DNA of 64,000 nt from Eledone cirrhosa (GCA_964016885.1 OZ024749.1:47616001-47680000); one strand, 5' to 3'; positions 1-12,659 are shown, numbered from the stretch's first letter. Notes: generated by a model from the letters alone, not told the origin. A program made the numbers and translations.

Positions 1-352
1 AAAGTCATCTATGTCAGCTAACTATTTATATTTATTATTTCTATCACATTGTCAGAATAGTTTAACCTGTCTGAAAATAATTTAAAATATACCGAAAGTA
101 CGATTCAATACACGAAGAAGACATAAACAGAAATAATATTGCTTTATTACTTGTTTTCAAATATACATTATGTTTGGGGTAAATCATAACTGAGTAATAT
201 TCTACACTTCACTTCATAAAAAAAGAACGACTGGTTTTGTGATGCCCAAAGTATTTGACAAATGTGACATTAATAGATAATATTTAAAATACATTATCGA
301 TTTCATTCTATCTAAACGAAACAGTAAAAGAAATCAGCCACATGAACATCAC

Positions 353-353
353 C

Positions 354-430
<77 letters not shown>

Positions 431-450
431 AAATAACAATAATAATAATA
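353..450. repeat. (AAT)n microsatellite
   Basis: Direct reading of aataataat tract. Confidence 0.95.
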
Positions 451-1158
451 AACAATCGGTTTCTTATTTTATCTGCTTATTCCAAATTTGGTGGATGTGA
501 TATTCATTAAAATATCTAACCGCCCATTATAATGATTTTTATATCTTCTAAATTATCTCTAAAACTCTAACTTAATGTGGCGAATGGTTAATGTTTATGT
601 ACCAAATGAAAAAAATGACATCGATTAAAATAGCGATAATCATCGCTTGAAGAGTACTTGCTTTTATTTATGTATTTATTTCATATAACTTTTTTACCGT
701 AAAGGATTGCGCTAGAGTTTATTTATTTAATTTTTTTTTTTTTTTACTATGTTGGTCACTTCCCCTCGCCACACTTTTATTTCTTGCCATGATTTCATTG
801 ATTGCTACTGATGTAAAATGATTAGTCGGGTAATACAAAATAACACGCCGATATGATATAAAAGAAAAAGAAGCAATTATGAAACAAATGAACGAATGGC
901 TAATATGAAGAAAATGAAGTGAAGATTTAGTAGAAAATTATGAGAATAATCAATGGCATAGTAACATTTTTAGTTCGTTAATTTAATTACAATCTAATAT
1001 CGTTACATACACATATACAAATGAGGAAATCTAAAAATAAATATGTATGTGCATACATAAGCTCACGTATAGAGACAGAGACATACTTACAAATACACGC
1101 ATCTCCACATGCACACTGACTCACACGTATCATCACGCTCTGTGCCCCCAATCACGTG

Positions 1159-1247
<89 letters not shown>

Positions 1248-2174
1248 CATACATGTGTGTGTGTGTGCGTCTAAGTTTGTTTGCGTGTGTGTGTGATACT
1301 AACTGAAACTTCCCATACCACGACACGATTTTCTCGTTTTTCATTTACGTAGCATTATGTAAATGCAACACCATATATGAGCTATGAATACATGCACTAT
1401 TGATATTTAAAGGATGAGTACATTACAATAAAATGATTTCAGGCAAAATGATTTTCATTTTAGACCTTGTATGTTATATTTTACAAACACATTATGTGGA
1501 CATGGAGACGTATTTTTTATCAGTAAAGGACAGTAAAGGACAAGTTATATAAAATACGTCACAGAACATCTGGTGTCACGCAGTGAGGTATGTAGAGTTT
1601 GTTTATATTTTATTTAGTATTAATATACTCCTGCCTAAAACAAATATACATGGGGATGAATTCATTTGTTTGGCAAACGGTGTTCATTTGCGTCCTGCAT
1701 TCTGCAGAATTATGGACATTAGAGTTTTACTCCATTACTCAAGATGTAAAACAGGTGAGAATTATTTGTTTCACTTCGTTAAGGAGGAAATATAATTAAA
1801 TTGGATGTACTAATGATATTGCTGGTTGTATGTTTAAGGAATATTTACGAATATTTATTTATGGTTCCATTCATGATGTGTGTACCAATCCTTACAGTCA
1901 AATAAAACATTGACCTCTTCCACAATGCCTTCCTAATTTGTATTCTAATTAGCTGCGATATTGACTAAAATGCACCACTATAATGTTAATACGACATCAT
2001 AAATCCATTTCCCTAAAATGGTTCCTTGCCCTGCTCCATGTCAAAGTTTGTGGTTTTAACACAAGCTTATGAGGAAAGGCATGGGTGAGGTGTAAAATAT
2101 CATGGAAACGGACACAGATAACAAAATCCACAATTTATGTGCAAGAGGTAAATGGCCAATGCGAATATCTGTAC

Positions 2175-2296
2175 CCGCGTATCGAATGATGTTTATTGGG
2201 AACTATCGGTGCCGTTGCAAGCTCGAAAGGCTGACAGCAGCACATGGATAGCAGCGTAGAACAAGTGAACACTGCTAAAAACAGCGCGCAAAGCAT
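2175..2296 (-). CDS. Possible exon encoding a signal peptide (MLCALFLAVFTCSTLLSMCCC/QPFELATAP...)
   Basis: Minus strand has a polypyrimidine acceptor tttgtcctttttctag two bases before ATG, then a hydrophobic stretch followed by QP. The donor (gg|gtacag) is weak and no homology was recognised. Confidence 0.25.
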
Positions 2297-3387
2297 TGCT
2301 AGAAAAAGGACAAACACATACAAAAATATGTATTATATATATGTATACGACAACATATACGATTTTTCAGGAATATTCCTTTCCTTATTTAAACAAACGT
2401 GTTTCATTGGTAGCCTATGTTTCAGTGGGGCTTTTAAAAACAATTTCTAGAGAGCCTTCGCTTAATAGAAACACCGTTTTCAATGTCCTCTTTTAATATT
2501 AGCATTTTAAATGCTAGCGCTTCTGCATTTGATTCCCTACGAAACATTCACTTCTCTAAATATTGAGTGAAATTTCTTACCTACTGTAATGTAATCGATA
2601 AGCTAAAAATAATAAAGCAATGTATATATATTCTCTATTTTAAAATTACTTTTTTCGGTGACGTAGACGTCATAACGGCTTTATAACTTCAGTTTCATCA
2701 CACTAATTTCACATCAAAAAGATATATTCTCAGAAAAGAATGGAAAAATAAAACAAATCAAACACAGACAAAATAAAAGAAAACGAATATACAATGCACA
2801 AGAATGTAATGTGCTATATATTTTATACTAGATTATTTTCCCTCTTATGGAGAGTAAAGTGTTATATAATGTATGATAATGCAATAAACATGGTATAACT
2901 TTGAAGGTTAACCTCATATAGTGTATACAACGGGAGCCCCATTACTTAATTCTCTCTCAAATTTGCTCAGTAACAACCACTATAAATATATAAACCTATT
3001 CCTTCTTTTTACCTTCTGCTTTCAGTTTGTTCATTACACTATATCCACCTCATTACAAATATCTATATGTTACCTTGTGATTTGTCTCCATTAATTGGCG
3101 TGCTGCGGCTGAAGTATATAAAGTCGTAGTGATGAATATAACATTGAATTAGATAAAGATTGAGTCCAATAAAGAGCGAGAGATAATAATTCAATTGTCC
3201 AAGAGGAAATTATATTATTCTAATGCTTACAGTGATATACAATACGCGTTCGCACGCCCTCCCATGCAGACGCAGACATGCATGCATATACACACACTCA
3301 TACACATACCCGCACACAGAGACGCACACACACCCTCAAACACACGTACACACACACAAAAAACACACATACATACACACACACACC

Positions 3388-3427
<40 letters not shown>

Positions 3428-3428
<1 letters not shown>

Positions 3429-3515
3429 CAAAGGAATTATGGTAAGGAACCAAATGGACCATACCGCACAATAGTACTGAATACTTAGCGAAGTAGAGTG
3501 GGAAATAAGAAAACC
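3428..3515 (-). mobile_element. 3' end fragment of the short (TA)n-linked element family also at 32189-32282 and 62031-62226
   Basis: Reverse complement matches ccactctact...tatggtccat.tggttc.ttacca at 62150-62215; abuts (TA)n. Confidence 0.7.
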
Positions 3516-3623
3516 TCTACTTCGTTAACCCTGACAGATACCACAAACTGACCAGGAGCAGCCTAACCTCCACCTATAAAAATACTAACCAGTCAATTAT
3601 CGAGGAAATGGGTCATACTTGTT

Positions 3624-3663
<40 letters not shown>

Positions 3664-3825
3664 CATATATGCACAACACAGATGGACATATTAATTAAGT
3701 TAACGGAAGTGCAGACTTTAAATTCAAGGAAACTATATATCTTATGACCTTTTAATTCCAGAATTGGGCACAGCGTACCTGGTGTTGGTCAATCTTGAAA
3801 CACGCGTCATACCAGAATACATTAA

Positions 3826-4005
3826 ATAATTGTTTCTACTTGTGGCACAAGGCCAGCAATTACGGGTACGTTATTTTATAGACCCCGTAAGGATGAAAGG
3901 CAAAGTTAAGCTCGGTGGGATTTGAACTCAGAATGGCTAGAACCGTAACTCTATGCTGCAAAGCATAGCATCCGATCCTCTTCCGATACTGCCAATCCAC
4001 CACCC
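3826..4005 (-). mobile_element. tRNA-derived SINE (main family)
   Basis: Reverse complement shows A-box-like tggcagtatcgg, B-box gttcaaatc, body tttgcctttcatccttacggggtc and tail agaaacaatta. Confidence 0.9.
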
Positions 4006-4395
4006 TTTAATAATTATACTTCTATATCTCATTAGCAATGTATCTCTTTCTAAACGTCAATAATAGTTAATATACAGTAAATATTATTTTCCAACTATAC
4101 TATGCGTTACACTAATATGTTTCATTGTATGGTTTGTTGTTTCGGTTTACTTTTCACAGCGGATCTAGGAGCTCAGCCGTGTATGTCCCGAATTCATCAT
4201 CTATATATATGTATATATATATATATTAGGTATAGGATTATCCTGGATGCAGTTATGGTTAAATACTACACTGGATAGAGTTGACGGTACGGTGAGACAT
4301 AGCATAACGAGGCTGTATAAGGACCGTGGAAACATTTGTAAGTACACAGAATAAATAACCGTTTTATGATGTCTACCTGCTATTATTCATTCTTT

Positions 4396-4455
<60 letters not shown>

Positions 4456-4456
<1 letters not shown>

Positions 4457-5150
4457 AAATTAAGATAAATCAAATGAATTTAATCTAAATCAAAATTATG
4501 GGTGTCATGCCAAAAAGACATGCGCCATATCACCCGCAAAATAAGCTCTAAGATTCTAACGAGTAGGTCCTAGCATTTTATAATAACTAGATATTGATTA
4601 ACATATAAATAAACATGAATAATCACAGGAGAGAATTTTTACAAGTGTGTAATCACATGACACCCATGATTTTGATTTAGATTAAATTCATTTGATTGAT
4701 CTTAATTTTAGATATAGATATATAAAAACGGCTCCTTAATTGTACAGCTAAATCTGTTGAAAGGACTCGACTGCTGTTTCTAGTTGTCGATAACTCTATT
4801 CACGCCACTGGACGAAGCTAGTATGATGTGTGTATTTCTAGTAGATATAGCACGTGTTGCTGGCCAGTCGCTGATTTGAACTTGAAGTGTAAACAATGAT
4901 AGCTGGAACCTCTTCCTCGTTGAAAATCCAAGTATCCGCTTCCGTGGTTTACCATTCGATTAATTGGTGAAATATATGTATTTAATGGAATATATACAGG
5001 GAAGATTAATCATATTATAAGGTATCTATTTTTGAAGTTCTGGTCAACATTATTTAGTTACCTACCTAGTTATGTGTGGTTACACACTTGTAAAAATTAC
5101 CTCCTGTGATTATTCATGTCTATTTATATGTTAATAAATTTCTAGTTATT
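4456..5150. mobile_element. (TA)n-embedded element with two interleaved inverted repeats
   Basis: 4456-4509 is inverted at 4656-4710, and 4580-4657 is inverted at 5072-5150; (TA)n on both sides. Confidence 0.75.
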
Positions 5151-5169
5151 ATATATATATATATATATA

Positions 5170-5440
5170 TGGAAAGTTATATTTAAATTGTTGGGTTACA
5201 ACTAGTAAATATTTATAACTGATATAAAAGCACTCAACAAGTATTTGGAGTATATTTACGATATTAAATAAATGGAAACTATATTTATAAAACCATATTT
5301 ATTTCATTATATATATTTCAGGGATATCATATTAACAATATGTTTTGCCTTCTTCAGACAAAATGCAATATAGACAGTTTTATAGATAAATAGATTTGAC
5401 ATACCGTTCAACATCGACTTGTATTTGAAAAAGTTGATTT
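5170..5440 (-). mobile_element. Solo 3' pseudo-LTR end (with tail) of the PLE at 45.3-50.1 kb
   Basis: Near-identical to the reverse complement of about 49790-50061; (TA)n on both sides. Confidence 0.9.
5300..5365 (-). ncRNA. Type I hammerhead ribozyme, family A (core CUGAAGA)
   Basis: Reverse complement: attttgt CTGAAGA agg..catattgttaatatg..cct GAAA tatata TA atgaaat. Confidence 0.7.
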
Positions 5441-5443
5441 ATA

Positions 5444-5498
<55 letters not shown>

Positions 5499-5566
5499 TT
5501 ATAAAGTTATCGAAATAAAGACCCTTGTTGTACAGACAGCCAACCATGTTACTCTTCAATCTCTCA

Positions 5567-5627
<61 letters not shown>

Positions 5628-5652
5628 TATAAATATATAAATATATATATAC

Positions 5653-5699
<47 letters not shown>

Positions 5700-5803
5700 T
5701 AAGTATATATACACATATATACACATATATATGTGTCTGATCGTAGCTAAGATGCTTTCATAGCCGGTATGCCGGTTGAGACCTCCCTGTTCTTACAGAG
5801 CAG

Positions 5804-6145
5804 TGTATAATATAATATAAAACGGAAAATCAATGATGTATCTGAACTCAATTTAATATGAGTTACAATAGTTTCGCCAACGGACAGCTCGAGACACGAT
5901 CATTGTGTGGAATCTGTCTGATTATTGATCCACTGGTTCGATGGACACGTCGAATGATTTTGGAGCAAATTCTTTCTTAAAATAATTTGCTCCCAATCAT
6001 TAGACGTGTCCGTCGAACCTGAGGACCCACAATCAGACAGTTCCACACAATGATCGTGTCTCGAACTGTCAGCTGGTGAAACAATTTTAAGACACAATAA
6101 ATTGATTTCAGATGCATCACTGATTTGTCGTTTTATATTATACAC
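5804..6145. repeat. Fold-back element with about 165-bp diverged arms and a degenerate hammerhead at 6019-6089
   Basis: 5804-5971 is the reverse complement of 5983-6145. The right arm reads CTGAGGA c cca..gacagttc..gaactgtc..tgg t GAAA caattt TA, but stem I pairs poorly. Confidence 0.75.
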
Positions 6146-6162
6146 ACACACGCACAGACACA

Positions 6163-6219
<57 letters not shown>

Positions 6220-6510
6220 ATTTATATATGTGTGTATATGTGTGTGTGGGAGAAAGGGAGATAGAGAGAGAGTGAGAGTGAGCGTATTGAATCATATATT
6301 TTGAAAAGTCTAAGGAAGAATAAATACGTACAAATCCGCTACGGAGTAAGCTTAATCTAAGCTACCTGATATATATTTAAAAGTGTATCAAATGATACAT
6401 CACTTCTTTCAAAAATAGCTTCAATATTAATAAAACAGAAACTGGACAGGCATACACACCACACGCAGACACACGCACCCACACATACCCACACACATAC
6501 ACGCACACAT

Positions 6511-6558
<48 letters not shown>

Positions 6559-6787
6559 GGATAGATAAATAGATAGATAGATATATAGAGAGAGAAAGAG
6601 AGAGCGAGAGATAGAGATAGAAGCAGAGAGAGCGAGAAAGGCAGAGACTATAGATATTGGTTCAAATATATTCAAAAATGTATGGACCCACCGGCAAATA
6701 CTGGAGTGAGCCAGAGATATAATAGCTAATATTTGTTTAACTTCTTATTAAGTGATATATGTATTATATCATATATAACTGTAATAA

Positions 6788-6975
6788 TAATTGTTTCTAT
6801 TTTTGGCACAAGGCCAACAAATTAAACAGTGCATTACTGGTACTTTATTTTATCGCCCCGTAAGGATGAAAAGCAAAGTTAACCTCGGCGGGATTTGACC
6901 TCAGGTCATAAAGTAACGTAACTCTATACTTCAAAGCATGGTGTCCGACCCTCTACCGATACTGCAAATCCACAA
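6788..6975 (-). mobile_element. tRNA-derived SINE (main family)
   Basis: Same consensus as 3826-4005. Confidence 0.9.
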
Positions 6976-7513
6976 TCCAAATAATAATAAGAAATAATTT
7001 GACATATTACTTACCGTTTATTGATTTCAACTTAAGTAAAAAAAAAATTAACAATGGCGTTCTTGAAAATTACCATACTTCTCTCGAACCGTTTATAATA
7101 TTACGTTAAAAAATGTAAGCTACGAATAATTCAGGTCTTTTACTAACACTTGGGAAATATACCGGTATTGTTATTTTTTTCCCTGTCTCTCTCATCTTAT
7201 TTTCTAATTCATATTATACGAATTATGGAAATGTAATTCATATTCTATGCAGTATTATCCTTCAAAAGTTCATGACAATATAAAAAGTGTGGCATTTTCA
7301 AGTCTTTATATTATATTTTCTTGTTCTTTTGATAAATTCCATCAATCTTTTCTTGCAAATGATCATGCGGTTTCGAATAGTTTAATATGTGTTCTCATAA
7401 TCTCATTTTTATGGAAAAAAGATTTGAAAAAAAATTCATGGAATACAAATGTATTTTTCCTCTCCACTTTAAATTGCTTTTCCTGACATTTTAAAAGTTA
7501 TATATATGTATTT

Positions 7514-7593
<80 letters not shown>

Positions 7594-7667
7594 CATACAT
7601 ACACACACACACATATATATTTATACATACACACTCATATATATATATATATATATATATATACATT

Positions 7668-7725
<58 letters not shown>

Positions 7726-8819
7726 CTAACATAACCATTTACCAATCTATTTTCTGCATATGCGCTTCCCACTATCTCTATTAAGTCAATTTATTTTATT
7801 GTGTTTGTAGACAGAAATATTTAACTAAATAACTTTCCATTTCTGAATATATATTCAGGCTACTAAATATATAAGCAAGTTATTAGTTTCAGTTAGAACC
7901 AGGCGTATGTTTTTTTGCCATAAAATGCTTTTCAAAGAAATACTTATATGCTTAATACTTTCAGGTTTGTATGAATAAGTCCAGTTATGTAACACACAGT
8001 AATTAACTGTGTAACAGTATTAATATCGTGGACTATATGATACATTATATGGTTTCGAACAAATCGCATTTCACTTTCAGCAATATAGTATACTAACTGA
8101 TTAATTTCATTCAAATAGTAATGGAATCAATTTATCTTTATTCATTGGTTAAGTTGAATAGAGTTTCATGATGTATAACTACAATTCCATTGAACTGAAA
8201 GTAATATTGTTTGAATACTGAAGAATTACATTTCCTCCAATCACATTCATTCAATTTCTCTGGACCTAATATCGTCGTTGCTCTTTCAAAATAAAATAAG
8301 ATTTTAACTTTGGCGTATTTCATTCATTATGAATAGAGAAAGCGAATAACTTTATCCTTAAATATACAAAAGTGAAATCCTACATACTGGAAGAAAACAT
8401 TAAAACAAATAACGTAATTTTCAAACATTGTGAAAAGAAATATATTATTTATAACCCAAAAGTATTCTCCAGAGACTAGACTGGCACTTTTCATAGATTT
8501 CTGGGCGACAGTATGCGTATTCAGGAAACAGAATGATTAACTGACCTCGGTCTCCCCTCTAAATCATTTTTGAAATTACGTGTATATATATATATGCTAT
8601 GGTAGCAGGCAGGCCGCTGTCTTATTAGCAAACCAATTTCCACTGATTGACCTCTATCTCACGTGATTGATTCTTTTTGAATTTACCACCGACGCAGAGG
8701 CAGTGATTTTCTCAATGGCTAGGAATTCAGTCCACGCTTTGCTATGTTCTAACCACTGAATTATTTTTTAATAAGTTTCCAGAGTCCACGCTTTGCCTGG
8801 ATACTTAGATGTGAATAGT

Positions 8820-8899
8820 CTTCCCTGACGACGGAATGATTCTCTGTATTTTCCTCGGAAAATATATTTATTCCATTCCAGAAACTAATTAGTTGGAAG
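8820..8899 (+). ncRNA. Type I hammerhead ribozyme (family D)
   Basis: cttcc CTGACGA c ggaatg...cattcc a GAAA ctaattag TT ggaag: 5-bp stem I, 6-bp base of stem II and palindromic stem III; about 50 nt upstream of (TA)n. Confidence 0.8.
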
Positions 8900-8945
8900 T
8901 GATATTTTAGTAAGTAAGTTAATTCTATAATTTTCTTATTTTACG

Positions 8946-9076
<131 letters not shown>

Positions 9077-9080
9077 TATA

Positions 9081-9129
<49 letters not shown>

Positions 9130-9334
9130 CGTATGTGTGTGTACGTATATATGTATATATATATATATATAATATATTTAGAAACACACAGATACATGCG
9201 AACACACACATATACATGAATGCATCCACACCCAACCGTGAGTTAAAGGGTGCCAACCTCACCGATGTTGCTCAATGAATGACTGGGACAGACCAATCCG
9301 GTTGAACTAGACTGAACCAGTATCAGAGTTAAAA

Positions 9335-9883
9335 ATACATTATGAAGAGAGAAGAAACATTTAGATATAATTAGTAATCAAATGTATCATACCTAAACTG
9401 CTCCTAGATTCTTCGACTACGTAGTTTCGTGGCATAAACAAAAACAATACATCATAAAGATATAGTGTCCTTGCGAGGTCTGCCGACTTATCAAGATGTG
9501 TGACTGCTGGAAAGCTGCCATTACTCATACTTCTCGTCTCCTTCACCACCTCTTCTACGGCTTCGATATAAATACCCCCTCCGCCTCCGTGGTATTTTCT
9601 TCGGGGTTATAAGAGGCTTAGCTCTGTTTCTCGACCGTTATATCGCGTGACTATCTCCCCCTCCGCCTTTTGGGATTCTTTCTCACGTCGTGTAGACGCG
9701 TTCTTGAGGCTAGTAAATGAGGTATCCTCTTGATAAGTCGGCAAACGTCGCAAGGCCTCTATATCTTTATGATGTATTGTTTTTGTTTATGCCACGAAAC
9801 TACGTAGTCGAGGAATCTAGGCTCAGTTTAGGTATGATACATTTTATTACTAATTATATCTAAATGTTTCTTCTCTCTTCATA

Positions 9884-9889
<6 letters not shown>
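9335..9889. mobile_element. Fold-back element with about 162-bp inverted arms
   Basis: 9335-9496 is the reverse complement of 9728-9889; the right end runs into (TA)n. Confidence 0.9.
9725..9814 (+). ncRNA. Type I hammerhead ribozyme with U3:A8 variant core (family C)
   Basis: tcctc TTGATAA gtcggca...tgccac GAAA ctacgtag TC gagga: perfect 5-bp stem I, palindromic stem III, GUC site. Confidence 0.75.
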
Positions 9890-9942
<53 letters not shown>

Positions 9943-10013
9943 AATTCTTATATATATATATATACATATTTATATATATAGAAGTGAGGACACAACAGTT
10001 AGTTCACCATACC

Positions 10014-10049
10014 GAGAACAATTCTTTCACCTTAGCGGGTCCTCAGCTC
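10014..10049 (-). ncRNA. Minimal hammerhead in the PLE 3'UTR (family E), partly degenerate
   Basis: Reverse complement: gag CTGAGGA c cc gctaa gg t GAAA gaattg TT ctc. Confidence 0.55.
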
Positions 10050-10740
10050 CTAATGGACATGGTTATCCGGAACAGGAAGGACAACCGTACGAATGTGCAT
10101 GCGCAGAAACGATCACTTCATACAGGCAATTCTAAAGTCCGTGAGTCAGAAAAGTTTCTAGTTGATATGAACATTAGGATGTTGTTGTAATTCAATCCGG
10201 AGATTTGTAGTTATGTAAGATGTGTTTCCAGACGTGTGGACAACGTGTGAATAATTTGTTTCTCTTGTTTAGGCAATCAATATTGCGTAATCTCTTTGGA
10301 TATTTATTCGTTCATCAATACATAAACCACACGACGGATTGTCCAGTGCGTATGGCTTGGACTTAGTGATGGCTTTACATTGAATGGAGTAGTCTATACT
10401 TGATACCTTGAGTGGCCATACGTGGCTTGCGAGTTTCGTGGATGAACGTCTGTCCGGGTACCCACTATCAACAACAGCAATAAGAAAAGAAAGCGTAACA
10501 ATAGACAAATTATACGGTTCTCTCCACCCTTCTCACTCAACGTTAAAACCAATGTAGGCAAATCATTTCTAGCCCTCTTACATATATCATAAATACCGCT
10601 ACACTATTACATATATCATAAATACCGCTCCATCTTTAACCGACACAAAGTAAAACTAAGATACTCCTGCGCTAAGAACATGAAGGCCCACATCACCAAC
10701 AGCCGTAAAAGCAACACCCCCGCCAGAATGCTCTTGCCGT

Positions 10741-11178
10741 ATGCCTGAAGCTTGCCCCACTCAACAGCAATGCAACACACCCGCTGTAGTTTATGAAGCT
10801 GTGGTCATTTCCAACCAACCAAATCAACCACAGGACGTCAAATCCTATGTGGGTATGGTGGAGGGCCGATTTATGGAATGCTTCATGAACAACCAGTCGA
10901 CCTTTAGGTACCCGGACAGACGTTCATCCACGAAACTCGCGAGCCACGTATGGTCCCTCAATGACTCAAGTATAGTCTACTCCGTTCAATGGAAAGCCAT
11001 CTCTATGTACATGCCATACACATGGGGCAATCCATCGTGTGGAATATGTATTGATGAGCGAATAAATATTCTAAAGAGATTACGCAATAGTGATTGCCTA
11101 AACATGGGATATGAATTCTTCACACGTTGCCCACACGAATCGACACACCTCTTACTTAACTACAAATCTCCGTATTGA
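10741..11178 (+). pseudogene. GIY-YIG endonuclease domain of a Penelope-like element
   Basis: VVY...YVG motif, STKLASHVW, CGIC and CPH; collinear with the 47792-48436 protein. Confidence 0.85.
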
Positions 11179-11541
11179 ATTACAATCAGACGAATACAAC
11201 TTCCAGAATGCCATCAACCGTCGATACTGAGATCGTGCATATCTTTAATGAGATTTGTTCGCTTTTAAACATGAAATAATCCAATGTTTAAACAACGATG
11301 CATTGAAATAATCATATGTATATATATATATTTCATTTCTGAATTTGTTTAGCAAGATTCTTTATCTGAAAAGGTGTGTTGAAACCGATATTGTTATACT
11401 TTGGGAGGGTCATGTTGCCAATAAGAAACACACGCACCAGTTGCTTTCACCTCAATTTATTATAATAAATGTATAAATTTATAAATTTATAAATTTCTGG
11501 TAGGTTGGTTGGTTCCACAACCAGATGGTTGTTTATATATT

Positions 11542-11584
11542 GTCAAAGTTATTTCGTCACACATTTTGTGAACTCTTCAGTGAC
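11542..11584 (-). ncRNA. Minimal hammerhead, family B (core CUGAAGA)
   Basis: Reverse complement: gtca CTGAAGA gttcacaaaatgtgtgac GAAA taac TT tgac. Confidence 0.6.
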
Positions 11585-11734
11585 TGGGGATACTTTTCTT
11601 TGTTTTATGTGCCTCTCCTTTGTTCTCTCCTACGCCATCTTGTTTGTGTGTGTGTATGTGAACACACACACAAAAACAAGATAGCGCAAGACAGAACAAA
11701 GGAGAGGCACAACAAACAAAGAAAATAATCCCCA

Positions 11735-11777
11735 GTCACTGACGAAGTCACACAATGTGTGACGAAAGAACTTTGAC
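11735..11777 (+). ncRNA. Minimal hammerhead, family B (core CUGACGA)
   Basis: gtca CTGACGA a gtcacac aat gtgtgac GAAA gaac TT tgac: 4-bp stem I and 7-bp stem II. Confidence 0.75.
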
Positions 11778-11926
11778 AATATATAAACAATCATCTGGCT
11801 GTGGAACCTACCAACCAACCAGAAATGTATAAATTACTAAATTTATAAATTTATTAAAATACATTGAAGTGAAACAACTGGTACGTGTGTTTCTTATTGG
11901 CAACATGACCCTCCCAAATTATAACA

Positions 11927-11962
<36 letters not shown>

Positions 11963-12151
11963 ATGTATGTGTGTATGTGTGTGGAGGGGTGCGTATGTGT
12001 GTATGTGTAGATGCATCTACCAAAATATACGGTAGTGTCCAATCCGAATGAAGAACTCAATGTAATCCAAATATCATGAACAGAGGAGATGTATTCCAAA
12101 ATGATGAAAATCACAGGAAAACAGAGTCAAGATAAATTAATAAAAAAAATT

Positions 12152-12486
12152 TATAAAAACAAAGAAACAGTTCCTTATATTAAAAAAATCATCATTTTAC
12201 GATCGTTTCTAAATATATATGTGTGTGTTGGTATGTATATCATATAGATCTATGTAAACATTTTACAAACTATCAGAGGAAATATACATACCTACACATA
12301 TATATGCTGTCTTCAGAAATAAGTAGACAGCATATATATGTGTAGGTATGTATATTTCGTCAGATCGTTTGTAAAATGTTTACATAGATTCATATGATAT
12401 ACATACCAACACACACATATATATCCTAGAAACGATCGTGAAATGATGAATTGTTTAAAATAAGGAACTGTTTCTTTGTTTTTATT
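12152..12486. mobile_element. Fold-back element with about 160-bp arms and a 12-nt spacer
   Basis: 12152-12312 is the reverse complement of 12325-12486; (TA)n(GA)n follows. Confidence 0.9.
12193..12321 (-). ncRNA. Hammerhead with long stem II (family F)
   Basis: Reverse complement: tattt CTGAAGA cagc atatatatgtgt.ggtatgtatat...atatacatacc...acacatatatat tta GAAA cgatcg TA aaatg. Confidence 0.65.
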
Positions 12487-12494
12487 CATTTTTG

Positions 12495-12659
<165 letters not shown>

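Larger units (their letters stand above)
9981..11185 (+). mobile_element. Degraded PLE 3' fragment (GIY-YIG) with an inverted 5' copy of its own 3' end
   Basis: 10494-11178 encodes IIRFSPPFSLNVKTNVGK...IFNRHKVKLRYSC...CSCRMPEACPTQQQC...VVY...SYVG...CGIC...RCPH. 10186-10463 is the reverse complement of about 10907-11184 and continues into 3'UTR down to (TA)n at 9980. Confidence 0.85.
11332..11928. mobile_element. Fold-back element (family B) with about 255-bp arms and a tail on one arm
   Basis: About 11389-11645 is the reverse complement of 11677-11928; centre (TG)n/(CA)n; (TA)n on both sides. Confidence 0.9.

Noticed and set aside
11364-11390. CTGAAAA...GAAA in the family B tail
   Set aside because: C3/A8 mismatch and no stems in any of the three copies.
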